64,000 nt of DNA from an uncultured Alphaproteobacteria bacterium (GCA_944389595.1 CALXMY010000002.1:57913-121912), one strand, 5' to 3'; counted from the first letter of the stretch, positions 21,322-31,906 are shown. Notes: generated from the letters alone by a model not told the origin. A program made the numbers and translations.

Positions 21322-22371
21322 TTATATGTTTACCTGCCACTCTATTAGAGTTCCATTTATGCTATGGATTTTGTCGTTTAACTGTTCTTGAATTCCATTT
21401 CCTCTGATATATTCACCTTTATCACTGATTATTCTTACAAATGCACTTTTTTTCAAAGATGTAACATAGTCGATTATTAGAGGCAAGCCATTTCCTCGGT
21501 TCTTTTGATTGGTTTGTGAAATTCCAGCATGTGTAGCCTCTCTAATTTTTGCCGCATCAGACATTCCTAATAGTTTTGTCAATAAGTTTGGCCTTGTTTT
21601 TGGTAATGATTTTGGAATGCCTATGCCTTGGTCAAAAAACATCACATTAAGAGTAGATGTGTTTCGGTTAATTGATGCAGACATCCACCACATTTTTTGT
21701 TTTAATGGGCTACTCATGATAAAATTATCAGGATAACCGTGACTTAACACGTTATCCATAGCTTCGTCAAGAGCGATTTTTAGTTTTTTCTTATTTGGCA
21801 ATACGTCAATAAGGTTACTCAAAGTATCACGAAAAGTTAGGACGTCATCGGGATTAACCAAATTTCCAGACATAAATTTTAAAAATATAACATCCTTTTT
21901 TCTTGGTTCTTTTCCAAATTCTGCAGGAATGTTTTGTATATTTAATAAATCAAACATCCCCATATCGTATAACAAGTATTTTATTTCTTCTTTCCAATTT
22001 TTGAAATCTACAACGTGCAATTTACCGTTTTTGCCTCTTATCCTACGTAATCTATCTAACTCCGAAGTAAAAACTAGCGCACAACCAGGGGTTATAAAAT
22101 CAATACCAGTAAAGTCTATTTTTAAAGAGCACAATGGATCATCTGCACATTGTCTAATATCATTTAGAAAAATTCTGGTTTCTTTATTTGTCAAATCAAG
22201 GCAGGTCGGGGCTTTTAATTTTTTTCTATACGGTGAATGTTTTGCAAGAAATTGACCTTTTTTACGAATTTGTGTTTTTCTTCTGTATAATTTTGCTCTT
22301 TTGCGCAAAAGAAACTGGCGATGTTTCCAGCGTCTTTCTTTGTTATTATTGTTATATTTTTTTATTACCAT
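21322..22371 (-). CDS. GHKL-family ATPase / RsbW-SpoIIAB-like serine kinase with N-terminal STAS-like domain
   Basis: 349 aa. Bergerat-fold motifs: N-box EAMDNVLSHG, G1 FFDQGIGIP (DxGxG) and G2 RGNGLPLI. The N-terminal ~100 aa include IDFTGIDFITPGCALVF, which resembles the STAS beta-strand/loop. Confidence 0.6.
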   Translation of the reverse strand: MVIKKYNNNNKERRWKHRQFLLRKRAKLYRRKTQIRKKGQFLAKHSPYRKKLKAPTCLDLTNKETRIFLNDIRQCADDPLCSLKIDFTGIDFITPGCALVFTSELDRLRRIRGKNGKLHVVDFKNWKEEIKYLLYDMGMFDLLNIQNIPAEFGKEPRKKDVIFLKFMSGNLVNPDDVLTFRDTLSNLIDVLPNKKKLKIALDEAMDNVLSHGYPDNFIMSSPLKQKMWWMSASINRNTSTLNVMFFDQGIGIPKSLPKTRPNLLTKLLGMSDAAKIREATHAGISQTNQKNRGNGLPLIIDYVTSLKKSAFVRIISDKGEYIRGNGIQEQLNDKIHSINGTLIEWQVNI

Positions 22372-22708
22372 TTTGTACTACATTGCATATATAGTATATA
22401 AATAGCTAAATATCAATATAAACAATGAAGAATACATAATGTGTATGTATTCCAATTCTATTTCGGTGTTTTATTGTTAAAATTATTGTTTTTTATAAAT
22501 CCGCCGTTTGCAACTTTACGATAATTCAAAATGCCACTTTCCTTAATAATCCTTGCATTTCGCATTATTTCATTATAAAATCTGTTCCAGTTGTCCCAAC
22601 TTTTATGTAGTAGGGGCACCAGAGTATTTATGAAGTCTTTTCCCGTTTTTAATTGTATTTTTACTATGCTTTTTTTATAATTAATCTGTAAATTACAGGG
22701 GTTATTTT

Positions 22709-23296
22709 ATGGCGGTGGAAGTAAATATCGGCGTTTTTGGTGCCAACGAGGGATTACAAGTCAGTCCTTGTTTTCAAAATAAAACTTATAGAAATACATT
22801 GGTGAATTTATATAACCCGAATGTTACGCATGGCGGGAAACAAATGTTTGTGTTCAAAACCCCGGAAAACGATGTTGTATACGCCATGACCATTGGCAGC
22901 GGCGGCCAAGACAAGTTGTTTTACGGTTTTAATGGCCGTCCGGGTTCTTTTGTTGGGGTTGCATTGGCGATAAAAAATGCGCAATTCAAAGATGTGAATC
23001 AGGCCATGGATATATTGGATTGGGCATATGAAAATAAAATCAAAGGCAATATCATAGAAAGCACAGGCGAAAATAAAAAGTTTGTCATAGACGGATACGA
23101 ATTTTCGGGCGACAAAATACAAAGTTTTATGGATTCTGCCATTGGGGACAGAATAACCCATGTTTGCCAACGTGGCGATTGGGGTACTTTTAAATATAAT
23201 GCCGATACGGATTCCAGGGTGGCAGTATACCGATTTCCATCGGAAAAATCTGATTTAGAAAACGCGATAAAAAAAAATCAAGGAAATGGGCTTTGA
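22709..23296 (+). CDS. hypothetical protein
   Basis: 195-aa ORF with host-like GC content. No recognisable domain. Confidence 0.4.
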   Translation: MAVEVNIGVFGANEGLQVSPCFQNKTYRNTLVNLYNPNVTHGGKQMFVFKTPENDVVYAMTIGSGGQDKLFYGFNGRPGSFVGVALAIKNAQFKDVNQAMDILDWAYENKIKGNIIESTGENKKFVIDGYEFSGDKIQSFMDSAIGDRITHVCQRGDWGTFKYNADTDSRVAVYRFPSEKSDLENAIKKNQGNGL

Positions 23297-23451
23297 CCCA
23301 CATGAAGTGGCCGAATATATTTTGAAAAAACAAAAAGATTTTTAATACTTGCAATTGTGATAATTGCATTATAGAATCCGATTCAGATGGTTCAAAATAT
23401 TATGTTTTGAACATCAGGGAAGATTTATCTTCTGTTCTTTTGTTTTTTTGT

Positions 23452-23477
23452 CCCCGGGGCATGCCCCGGGGTTTTTG
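23452..23477 (+). terminator. rho-independent terminator
   Basis: 20-nt perfect palindrome CCCCGGGGCATGCCCCGGGG followed by TTTTT. Confidence 0.6.
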
Positions 23478-23578
23478 TATAAAAGGGGATTTTATACCTT
23501 GCTTTTTTATTAGTTGTATGGCTATAATATTTTTATACCTGTTATTAATAATCGTAATCAGACCAAGAGGTATGCTAC

Positions 23579-25072
23579 ATGAAAAAATTTTTACCCATTA
23601 TTTTAGTTTTAACATTGGCCGCATGTGGCGGTGGTTCTGGTGGTGGTAATGTTGGCAATGGCGGTAATGCCGGGGTTCCGGGTGGCGGCGAAATATTTAA
23701 TCCGGATGATTTTGTTAAACCCGAATATAACGGCAATGTGTCACATGATGTTGTGGACAGTAATGCCGCTGTTTTAACAATGCATTCCAGTGTTTTTGAT
23801 GAAACGGCCAGAACACAGTATTTAATAGATGCATTTGGTGAAGAATATTATAATGCGTTAATTGCCGAATTGTCTGGCAAGGTAAATGATGCTGTGGTAG
23901 ACGCGGTGGAAAATCGCGTCGGGTCTGCACGTGATAACGGTGGTAAAAATTTTTGTAAATCGGAACGCGATTGTAATCAAATGATATTTGACCAAATGCG
24001 GGAAGTTTTGGACAATTTAGATAATCTGGATGATATGAATAATAAAGATATTCGTAATGCATTAATTGCCGCCGGATTTGGAAAGGAAATTTCAGGGCAT
24101 TGGGATGATATCAAAGATTATGTGAAAAATCATATGAATATTGATGATATTAAAAACCAGGGCGAAGAAATATACAATACACCGGGCAAGGGCAGTGGTG
24201 AATTCAATTTGAAAAATACAGATTTCAAGGCAATGTTAACCACGATACAAAATAATGTTGCTGATATCATGACATTACAGATTGATAATGATGGGCGTGT
24301 TATTGGTGTCGTGTTTAAAGATGTGGGATCTGGGTCAAGCAGAGAAAGTCCGGCAATATTATATTCGGGATTAAAGCGCAACGATGATACAAATCGTTTT
24401 GATTTTTCAGATCCAGATGGCGAAATGCCAACATCGGGCGAAATGGAAATGATATCATATGCCCAGGATTTAGGATTAAGATATTCTGATTTTGGCGTTT
24501 TGGTTGGTGCAGAAAATGCAAAAATTACGGTGACTGATGAAGATGGTAATGTCAGTGAACGTGATTTGTCGGGATATAAATTGCCATTTGCCGGTGGATA
24601 TGATGTAAAGCGTATTGATGATAAAAAACAAATTGCATCAAATGTGACTTTCTATGGTTTTGCAAATGGTACGGTTGAACCCGCAAATGCCAGTGGTGCC
24701 AAAGCGTTACCAATTGAAAGCAAAAATGCAACATTAACATTTAATGCCACCAATCGCGAAGAGCATTTAACCGCGAATTTTGATAATTGGTATAAATTAG
24801 ATGTCATAAAAAATGGTATGGGCCAAGTCATATGGGTAAATACCGATGATTGTGGGCGGCGTATTCCAACGGAATATGTGGTTAAAGATACACCATTGAC
24901 CGATGGTGTACAAAATGAATCCGTGTATTTTAATACCGAATTTTATGGCGATGACAATATCCCGGCCGAGGCCGTTGCATTATTTCAATATCAACAAAAG
25001 GTTATGGATACGCCCAAGGAAGGCGGCGGGAATTTGAATATATTCCTGGGGTTTGGGGGACGAACCAAATAA
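23579..25072 (+). CDS. hypothetical surface/periplasmic lipoprotein with Gly-rich linker
   Basis: 497 aa. Signal peptide and lipobox LAACGG, immediately followed by GGSGGGNVGNGGNAGVPGGG (a flexible linker as in neisserial-type surface lipoproteins). Confidence 0.55.
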   Translation: MKKFLPIILVLTLAACGGGSGGGNVGNGGNAGVPGGGEIFNPDDFVKPEYNGNVSHDVVDSNAAVLTMHSSVFDETARTQYLIDAFGEEYYNALIAELSGKVNDAVVDAVENRVGSARDNGGKNFCKSERDCNQMIFDQMREVLDNLDNLDDMNNKDIRNALIAAGFGKEISGHWDDIKDYVKNHMNIDDIKNQGEEIYNTPGKGSGEFNLKNTDFKAMLTTIQNNVADIMTLQIDNDGRVIGVVFKDVGSGSSRESPAILYSGLKRNDDTNRFDFSDPDGEMPTSGEMEMISYAQDLGLRYSDFGVLVGAENAKITVTDEDGNVSERDLSGYKLPFAGGYDVKRIDDKKQIASNVTFYGFANGTVEPANASGAKALPIESKNATLTFNATNREEHLTANFDNWYKLDVIKNGMGQVIWVNTDDCGRRIPTEYVVKDTPLTDGVQNESVYFNTEFYGDDNIPAEAVALFQYQQKVMDTPKEGGGNLNIFLGFGGRTK

Positions 25073-25083
25073 ATTAAAATGAT

Positions 25084-25114
25084 AATTCCGCCCATTTGGA
25101 CGGAATTATTTTTT
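25084..25114 (+). terminator. rho-independent terminator
   Basis: AATTCCGCCC-attt-GGACGGAATT hairpin followed by ATTTTTTAT. Confidence 0.6.
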
Positions 25115-25302
25115 ATATTACTTGCATTTTATATATTTGCGGTATAAAATTTTTGACTGGTAATATTTAAGGGTGCGGGAACGATGATGTGACTGACAAC
25201 CACGGAGTTCGCAAATCCCAATTCAAAGTGACAAATCAGGGTGGCACCGCGCAAAATAAAATTGCGCCCCTGAAACATTAAAAACGCGGGTGCCGTTTCC
25301 AA

Positions 25303-27114
25303 ATGTTTTTGATAATGGCATCCACAAATAAAAAAGGGACCAAAATGTTATCTTTGAAATCTAAATACAGAACACATACATGTGGCGAATTAAATAAATC
25401 AAATGTTGGGGAAACTGTTACGTTGTCTGGGTGGGTGCATCGCAAACGTGACCATGGTGCGTTATTGTTTGTTGACCTGCGCGATAATTATGGAATTACG
25501 CAATGTGTGTTCGATGGTGGTAATGCCGAAATGGAACGTGTACGTCCGGAATCTGTGATTCAAATAACGGGAACGGTTGTTGCGCGTGATGCAGCGGCGG
25601 TAAATGATAAAATTCCAACCGGTGAAATTGAAATTCAGGTGACCGATTGGCATGTTTTAACCAATGCAGATGTTTTGCCGTTCCAGGTGTTTGGCGATGA
25701 TGATACTGTTGCCGAAGATTTACGTTTGAAATACAGATATATTGATTTACGTCGTGAATCATTACATAACAATATTTTAATGCGTAATCGCATGATTAAA
25801 TTTATTCGTGACCGTATGTGGGAAATGGGCTTTTCTGAATTTCAAACACCAATTTTAACCGCGTCCAGTCCCGAAGGTGCGCGTGATTTTATTGTGCCGT
25901 CGCGTAATCATCATGGAATGTTTTATGCGCTGCCCCAGGCACCACAACAATTTAAACAACTGTTGCAGATTTCCGGATTTGACCGGTATTTCCAGATTGC
26001 GCCATGTTTCCGTGACGAAGATTTGCGTGCAGACAGATTGTTGGAATTTTACCAATTAGATTTGGAAATGTCGTTCGTTGATTTGCCGGATATTCAGGCC
26101 GTGGGCAACGAATTAATGCCAAAAATTATTCGCGAATTTGTGCCCGATGCAAAAATATGTCCCGATATTCCGCATATTCCATTTGACGAGGCAATGTTGA
26201 AATATGGGACTGATAAACCTGATTTGCGTAATCCGATTATAATTTCGGATGTAACGGAAATATTCCGCGGGTCTGATTTTGGTATTTTTGCCAATGCGAT
26301 TGAAAATGGTGGTATCGTTCGCGCCGTGCCGGCACCAAACAGTGCCGATAAGCCACGTTCGTGGTTTGATAAATTGGGCGATTATGCGGTCAAAGAATTG
26401 GGACTGGGCGGTTTGGGTTATATCGTTTTTGCAGACGATGCCAAAGGGCCCGTGGCAAAAAAACTGGATGCCGAACGCATTGCGAAATTACGCGAAATTG
26501 CGGGCGATAATTCATCATTGTTCTTTATCTGTGATGCGCCAGATGCCGCCGCCAAGGCCGCCGGTAAATTGCGTACAAAATTGGGTGAAGATTTGGGATT
26601 AATTGATGAAAAAGAATTTCGTCTGTGCTGGATCGAAGAGTTCCCATTCTTTGAGGTCGACCCTGAATCGCCCACAGGCATTGCGTTTACGCATAATCCA
26701 TTTTCATACCCAATGGCAACATTGGATGAATTAAAAACAAAAGATCCGCTGTTAATCAAGGCTGCGCAATTTGATATGGTGTTAAATGGTGCGGAAATTT
26801 GCAGTGGCGGATTACGTAATTTTAATCCGGAAATAATGTTGCGCTGTTTTGAAATCACCGGGTATGATGACGAAACGGTTAAGCAAAAGTTTGGTGGTAT
26901 GTACAACGCGTTTCAATACGGTGCGCCACCGCACGGTGGGTGTGCATTCGGTTTGGATCGATTGGTGCAAATTATGTTGGGCGAGGCAAATTTACGTTCG
27001 GTTGTTGCATTCCCAACCAACCAGCGTGGCCAGGATTTAATGATGGGGGCACCGGGGCCTGTTACAGAAAACCAACTGCGCGAAGATCATATCCAGGTTC
27101 GCAAAAAAGGTTAA
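25303..27114 (+). CDS. aspS: aspartyl-tRNA synthetase
   Basis: 603 aa. N-terminal OB anticodon-binding domain, class II motifs (FRDEDLRADR, GGLR...CAFGLDRL). The likely true start is MLSLKSKYRTHT at about 25345. Confidence 0.95.
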   Translation: MFLIMASTNKKGTKMLSLKSKYRTHTCGELNKSNVGETVTLSGWVHRKRDHGALLFVDLRDNYGITQCVFDGGNAEMERVRPESVIQITGTVVARDAAAVNDKIPTGEIEIQVTDWHVLTNADVLPFQVFGDDDTVAEDLRLKYRYIDLRRESLHNNILMRNRMIKFIRDRMWEMGFSEFQTPILTASSPEGARDFIVPSRNHHGMFYALPQAPQQFKQLLQISGFDRYFQIAPCFRDEDLRADRLLEFYQLDLEMSFVDLPDIQAVGNELMPKIIREFVPDAKICPDIPHIPFDEAMLKYGTDKPDLRNPIIISDVTEIFRGSDFGIFANAIENGGIVRAVPAPNSADKPRSWFDKLGDYAVKELGLGGLGYIVFADDAKGPVAKKLDAERIAKLREIAGDNSSLFFICDAPDAAAKAAGKLRTKLGEDLGLIDEKEFRLCWIEEFPFFEVDPESPTGIAFTHNPFSYPMATLDELKTKDPLLIKAAQFDMVLNGAEICSGGLRNFNPEIMLRCFEITGYDDETVKQKFGGMYNAFQYGAPPHGGCAFGLDRLVQIMLGEANLRSVVAFPTNQRGQDLMMGAPGPVTENQLREDHIQVRKKG

Positions 27115-27119
27115 TAAAA

Positions 27120-27148
27120 AAGAATCCGATTTTTTCGGATTCTTTTTT
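27120..27148. terminator. bidirectional rho-independent terminator between aspS and the convergent AsmA-like gene
   Basis: GAATCCG-attttttc-CGGATTC hairpin flanked by A- and T-runs. Confidence 0.7.
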
Positions 27149-29621
27149 AGAATTTTTTATGTGTACTGATGAAATCGCGCATAAACGTTGGGTCAAAATT
27201 CATCATGATTTCCGATAGTGAATATTCACGTGAATTATTCGGATTTATTTTTAAATCAATTGGCGATGGCAATGGTGATGTGCCACGCAATACAAGATTC
27301 ATGTTCGCATACATTTGACCGGATTTTATTTCAAATTCGCCCGTTGCATCGGTGTGACGCAGACGTAATATAACTGGTTGTGTGGTTACAAAATCACCGT
27401 TATCATATTTGCCAATTATGCGCATTGTTTTAATTGCAGATTCACCGCCATCCAACGCATACGATAATGCATATTCCGCATTAAATGTATTAATTTGATT
27501 GGCAGATGCAAAGAAATCATCAACGCCCAATCCGATAAAAAACCCGCCTTCGATGGTTAAATCTATGTCGCCATTTAAATTGTATTCTAAATCATGTGCA
27601 ATGTTACCAAATGTATTCATATCTATTTCCGCAGTAATTAATGCATCGCGAATATTCAGTGGCATTGTATTTGACAATAACATCCCGTTTATTAAAAATT
27701 TATTTAATTGCGCGGTTATGCTGTAACGGTTGCCATCGCGTGATAATGTTGCCAACATGTTTCCACGATCGCTGTCTGTGATGGAAAAAGTTTGAATGTT
27801 TGGTTTTAATGAATACAGGAAATTTTTGAATATATTGCCATCATATATCAATGCATCTGCCGATAATGATATGTTTATATTCAAATCAAATGGTATTGTT
27901 ATTGGTGACGTGGTAAAGAATGATAATTCTTCGTAATTATTTAAATACCCAGAATTAATGAACGCACCCAAATCCAATATATCCGTGCGCAATGTTAAAT
28001 TGTTTCCGCTTAATGTTCCGGTAAATGTATGTTCAGCGATTTTTATTTCCAGATTTGATACTGTGTTTCCATTGTATGTGCCGGAAATTGTATATGGTAA
28101 ACTGTTAAATGCCTGCATATCAATGCCGGGGAACCAATCTTTGGCATTTTTACCAGATATATAAAAATATGTATCTGTTAAGTATAATTCCCACCGCCCA
28201 GAATTTGGTACGAAATGCATCATATTATCATTCCACGAAAAATCACCAACCGCATTGCGCATGAAGTTGGGTATTTCGGTTAAACCCGGGTCCAACCATT
28301 GTAATGTTTTATTATGTGCAAAACGGTACGATGGTGTTATTGTGTCGCCATCGATTTCGTATGTTCCGGCAATGTCGGCAAATTCAAAATCTATGTGACC
28401 GCGTGGGGCAAATTCCAACAGTCGTTTAATGGCATCGTCACGATCGGGCGAGGGCAATTCTGAATATACCAATAAATCGAATTTATCAGGACTGATTGAT
28501 ACTGCGCCAACAAAATCACCGTATAAAAAGCGTTCGCATTTCCATTCTTCGGGGGTGCCATAAAAATTACATGTTGCCGGTATTCCGTAATACGGCATTG
28601 TTATCATTAAATTATGTGCGCCATTTTCGTCAATCATGCCGCCGTTAACCGCAATATCATCCGCAATTATTGATTCAATTTGAAATTCGTCACGTGTGCC
28701 GATGGCGTTTACTTTGATATGTTTGAAATTACGTGCGCCAAATTTCATGTCGCCCGTGAAATCCAAATCAAAATTTGTTTGTGAAAATATTCGTGATGGT
28801 TGGGTTAAAAATGATAAATCATAAACTATGTCATGACCGCGCAATTTAACAATTTTATCGCCATTTGGCATTATTGTTATATCGCCACTGATTTTATCCA
28901 TTTTAATATCTTTGAATGCCCAGCCGCGGTCGCCATCCCAATCGAACAGCATGCTTAAATTTATTGTTTTATCAATTTTAGGTTCCGAAAATCCGAACCA
29001 TCGATTTATATCGTTTGTTTCCATTGATATTTTACCACGCACGGAACCATCGGTAAAAATCTTGCCCGTTATGTTCATTTTGTCGTTTTGATTGCGAATG
29101 GAAATTTCATCGCCATTAAAATCAATGTCGTATTTATGTTTTTCTGTTCGAACAACGCCAACCAAATGGCCATTCCGCAGTTCTGCATCAATGATTTCCA
29201 ATTCACGATTTTTAAATGTTAATTTTGAATTATGTATCTCAACCGGATGATTAAAGTTTTTGGGCACCAGGTTATTTATCACGATATTACCATCGTATAC
29301 GTCAATTTCGCCGGTTAGTGGTGCATTTTCAATATTAAATATATGTGTAAATGGAATAAAAAACATTAATGCGCCAATTTCGCCGTTTGGTATTTCAACA
29401 TCGTGGGCCACAATTGTGGCGTGTCCCAATAAACTGAAATGTATATCGCCATTTATTTTGGCGGCAACGCCAGTTTGGTCGACGATAACCTGTTCTATTT
29501 TAGGTTTCAGGTTATTTAAATTTATCATTGGTGGCACCAAAACAATTGCCATTACCAGCATGCCGATAATAGCGATTATCGTCCATAAAATACGACGTTT
29601 ATATCGGGGTTTTAATGCCAT
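27147..29621 (-). CDS. AsmA-family outer-membrane biogenesis protein
   Basis: 824 aa. A single N-terminal TM anchor followed by AsmA-like N-terminal region (LNNLKPKIEQVIVDQTGVAAKINGDIHFSL), then a long beta-rich periplasmic domain. Confidence 0.55.
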   Translation of the reverse strand: MALKPRYKRRILWTIIAIIGMLVMAIVLVPPMINLNNLKPKIEQVIVDQTGVAAKINGDIHFSLLGHATIVAHDVEIPNGEIGALMFFIPFTHIFNIENAPLTGEIDVYDGNIVINNLVPKNFNHPVEIHNSKLTFKNRELEIIDAELRNGHLVGVVRTEKHKYDIDFNGDEISIRNQNDKMNITGKIFTDGSVRGKISMETNDINRWFGFSEPKIDKTINLSMLFDWDGDRGWAFKDIKMDKISGDITIMPNGDKIVKLRGHDIVYDLSFLTQPSRIFSQTNFDLDFTGDMKFGARNFKHIKVNAIGTRDEFQIESIIADDIAVNGGMIDENGAHNLMITMPYYGIPATCNFYGTPEEWKCERFLYGDFVGAVSISPDKFDLLVYSELPSPDRDDAIKRLLEFAPRGHIDFEFADIAGTYEIDGDTITPSYRFAHNKTLQWLDPGLTEIPNFMRNAVGDFSWNDNMMHFVPNSGRWELYLTDTYFYISGKNAKDWFPGIDMQAFNSLPYTISGTYNGNTVSNLEIKIAEHTFTGTLSGNNLTLRTDILDLGAFINSGYLNNYEELSFFTTSPITIPFDLNINISLSADALIYDGNIFKNFLYSLKPNIQTFSITDSDRGNMLATLSRDGNRYSITAQLNKFLINGMLLSNTMPLNIRDALITAEIDMNTFGNIAHDLEYNLNGDIDLTIEGGFFIGLGVDDFFASANQINTFNAEYALSYALDGGESAIKTMRIIGKYDNGDFVTTQPVILRLRHTDATGEFEIKSGQMYANMNLVLRGTSPLPSPIDLKINPNNSREYSLSEIMMNFDPTFMRDFISTHKKF

Positions 29622-29668
29622 TCCTCTATTCCCTTGTATTTTGATTATAATGGATTATATTAGGTTTT

Positions 29669-31657
29669 GTGAATAAAAAAATATTTAATCTTCAAAGTGA
29701 TTATAAACCCATGGGTGACCAGCCCCAGGCGATTTCTGAATTGGTCGAAGGTGTGCGGGATGGCCGGCGCAGCCAGGTGTTATTAGGGGTGACAGGTTCG
29801 GGTAAAACCTTTACCATGGCAAACGTAATTGCCGAACTGGGGCGGCCTGCAATGATTATGGCACCAAATAAAATTTTGGCGGCCCAGTTGTATACAGAAA
29901 TGAAATCTTTTTTTCCAAATAATCATGTTGAATATTTTGTGTCGTATTATGATTATTATCAGCCTGAGGCATATTTACCCACAACAGATACATATATAGA
30001 TAAAGACGCATCAATAAATGAACAACTGGATCGTATGCGTCACAGTGCAACCCGCGCCATGTTAGAGGAACGCGATGTTGTTGTTGTTTCGTCTGTATCA
30101 TCGATTTATGGTATGGGGTCGCCCGAACAATATTCTGGGATGAAGGTTGTTTTACATGTTGGTGATAAAACGGGTATTAACGATGTAATTCATGAATTGG
30201 TGAATATTCAATATAAACGAAATGATGTTGCATTTGAACGCGGTGATTTTCGGGTGCGTGGTGATACATTGGATGTATTCCCATCTCATTCCCAGGATCG
30301 TGGGTGGAAATTGTCTTTTTGGGGTGATGAAATCGAAGAAATTTGGGAATTTGATACATTGACCGGTGCAAAATTACAAAAATTGGACAGGGTTGCGGTG
30401 TATCCAAATACACACTATGCAACACCGATGCCATCGATACTGCAGGCCATCGGGCAAATTCGCGCGGATTTGGATGAACGTTTGAAATATTTCCACGATA
30501 ATATGAAATATATCGAAGAACAGCGTTTGCGTGAACGGGTAAATTTTGATATTGAAATGATGGAATCAACCGGAACATGTCGTGGTATTGAAAATTATTC
30601 GCGATATTTGTCGGGGCGCGCACCGGGACAGCCACCGCCAACATTATTTGAATATTTACCACGCGATGCAATTTTGTTTATTGATGAAAGTCATGTAACT
30701 GTGCCGCAAATTTCCGCAATGTCACGGGGGGACCGTGCGCGCAAAGAAACACTGTCACAGTATGGGTTTCGTTTGCCGGCATGTATTGATAATCGGCCAT
30801 TGACATTCGAGGAATGGGATGCACTGCGCCCCCAGACCATATTTGTATCGGCAACGCCCGCCGAATGGGAATTAAATCAATCCGGTGGGATTGTATCGGA
30901 ACAGGTTATTCGACCAACAGGATTATTAGACCCAGAATGTCAGGTGCGCCCAACTGCACATCAGGTTGATGATTTATTGGATACTGTTAAAAATGTGCGT
31001 GGGCGTGTATTGGTTACGACGCTGACCAAAAAAATGGCAGAACAGTTAACGGATTATTTTGTTGAAAATGGTGTACGTGCAAAATATTTGCACAGCGATA
31101 TTGAAACATTGGAACGTATTGAATTATTGCGCGATTTACGATTGGGTAAATTTGATGTTTTGGTCGGAATAAATTTATTGCGCGAAGGGCTGGATGTTCC
31201 AGAATGCGAACTGGTTGCCATTATGGATGCGGACAAGGAAGGATTTTTGCGTTCCACGCGCAGCTTGATTCAAACAATTGGTCGGGCGGCACGTAATGCA
31301 AATGGGCGGGTGATATTATATGCCGATACTGTAACCGATTCTATGCGTGCGGCATTGGATGAAACATCGCGCCGGCGTGAAAAACAAATGGCGTATAACC
31401 GCGAACATAATATCACCCCAAAAACTGTTACCAAGGCCGTATTTGCCGAGGTTGGCGATAAAGATGAAAAAACAGATAAAAAACGCAGATTTGTTTATAC
31501 TCGCGATGGTGTTATGGATGCAGATACGTTACGACGTGAAATTAAAAAATTAAACAAACAAATGCGTGATGCGGCGGAAAATTTGGAATTTGAACGGGCG
31601 GCCGAATTACGCGACGCAATTCATAAAATGGAAGATGATTTGTTATTATTGGAGTAA
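29669..31657 (+). CDS. uvrB: excinuclease ABC subunit B
   Basis: 662 aa. Walker A GVTGSGKT, helicase motifs, and a C-terminal UVR domain ([15 protein letters not shown]). Confidence 0.95.
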   Translation: MNKKIFNLQSDYKPMGDQPQAISELVEGVRDGRRSQVLLGVTGSGKTFTMANVIAELGRPAMIMAPNKILAAQLYTEMKSFFPNNHVEYFVSYYDYYQPEAYLPTTDTYIDKDASINEQLDRMRHSATRAMLEERDVVVVSSVSSIYGMGSPEQYSGMKVVLHVGDKTGINDVIHELVNIQYKRNDVAFERGDFRVRGDTLDVFPSHSQDRGWKLSFWGDEIEEIWEFDTLTGAKLQKLDRVAVYPNTHYATPMPSILQAIGQIRADLDERLKYFHDNMKYIEEQRLRERVNFDIEMMESTGTCRGIENYSRYLSGRAPGQPPPTLFEYLPRDAILFIDESHVTVPQISAMSRGDRARKETLSQYGFRLPACIDNRPLTFEEWDALRPQTIFVSATPAEWELNQSGGIVSEQVIRPTGLLDPECQVRPTAHQVDDLLDTVKNVRGRVLVTTLTKKMAEQLTDYFVENGVRAKYLHSDIETLERIELLRDLRLGKFDVLVGINLLREGLDVPECELVAIMDADKEGFLRSTRSLIQTIGRAARNANGRVILYADTVTDSMRAALDETSRRREKQMAYNREHNITPKTVTKAVFAEVGDKDEKTDKKRRFVYTRDGVMDADTLRREIKKLNKQMRDAAENLEFERAAELRDAIHKMEDDLLLLE

Positions 31658-31660
31658 GAT

Positions 31661-31906
31661 ATGAATATAAATCGTGATGAAATTTTAAGTGTAAATGGAT
31701 TATATATATCCCAGTTATATAAACATTGGTATGCCGCAGAATGCATTGCTGTGCGTAATGGGCGTTTGTGTAAAATCAGATATCCGTATAAAACACCAAA
31801 TGATGCAATTAATATGTTGTCTTTTTTGAACGGTAAACGCGACAGTTTTCCAAAACCTGATTATCGGATACAGGTATATATTATGAACAATGGGTATGTC
31901 AGATGA
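31661..31906 (+). CDS. hypothetical small protein
   Basis: 81-aa ORF between uvrB and tsaE, overlapping the tsaE start. Confidence 0.3.
   Translation: MNINRDEILSVNGLYISQLYKHWYAAECIAVRNGRLCKIRYPYKTPNDAINMLSFLNGKRDSFPKPDYRIQVYIMNNGYVR

Larger units (their letters stand above)
16594..22620. mobile_element. putative integrated genomic island at tRNA-Thr (serine integrase plus co-oriented cargo genes)
   Basis: The integrase abuts the tRNA 3' end. All cargo genes are co-directional on the minus strand. The distal part (about 20.4-22.7 kb) is sharply more AT-rich. A degenerate copy of the tRNA 3' end (TAGGGGCACCA versus TAGGGCACCA) sits at about 22611-22621. The right boundary is uncertain. Confidence 0.4.

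Noticed and set aside
25130-25302. T-box riboswitch upstream of aspS
   Set aside because: I could not identify the conserved T-box sequence or a specifier loop. I kept it only as a generic structured-leader candidate.
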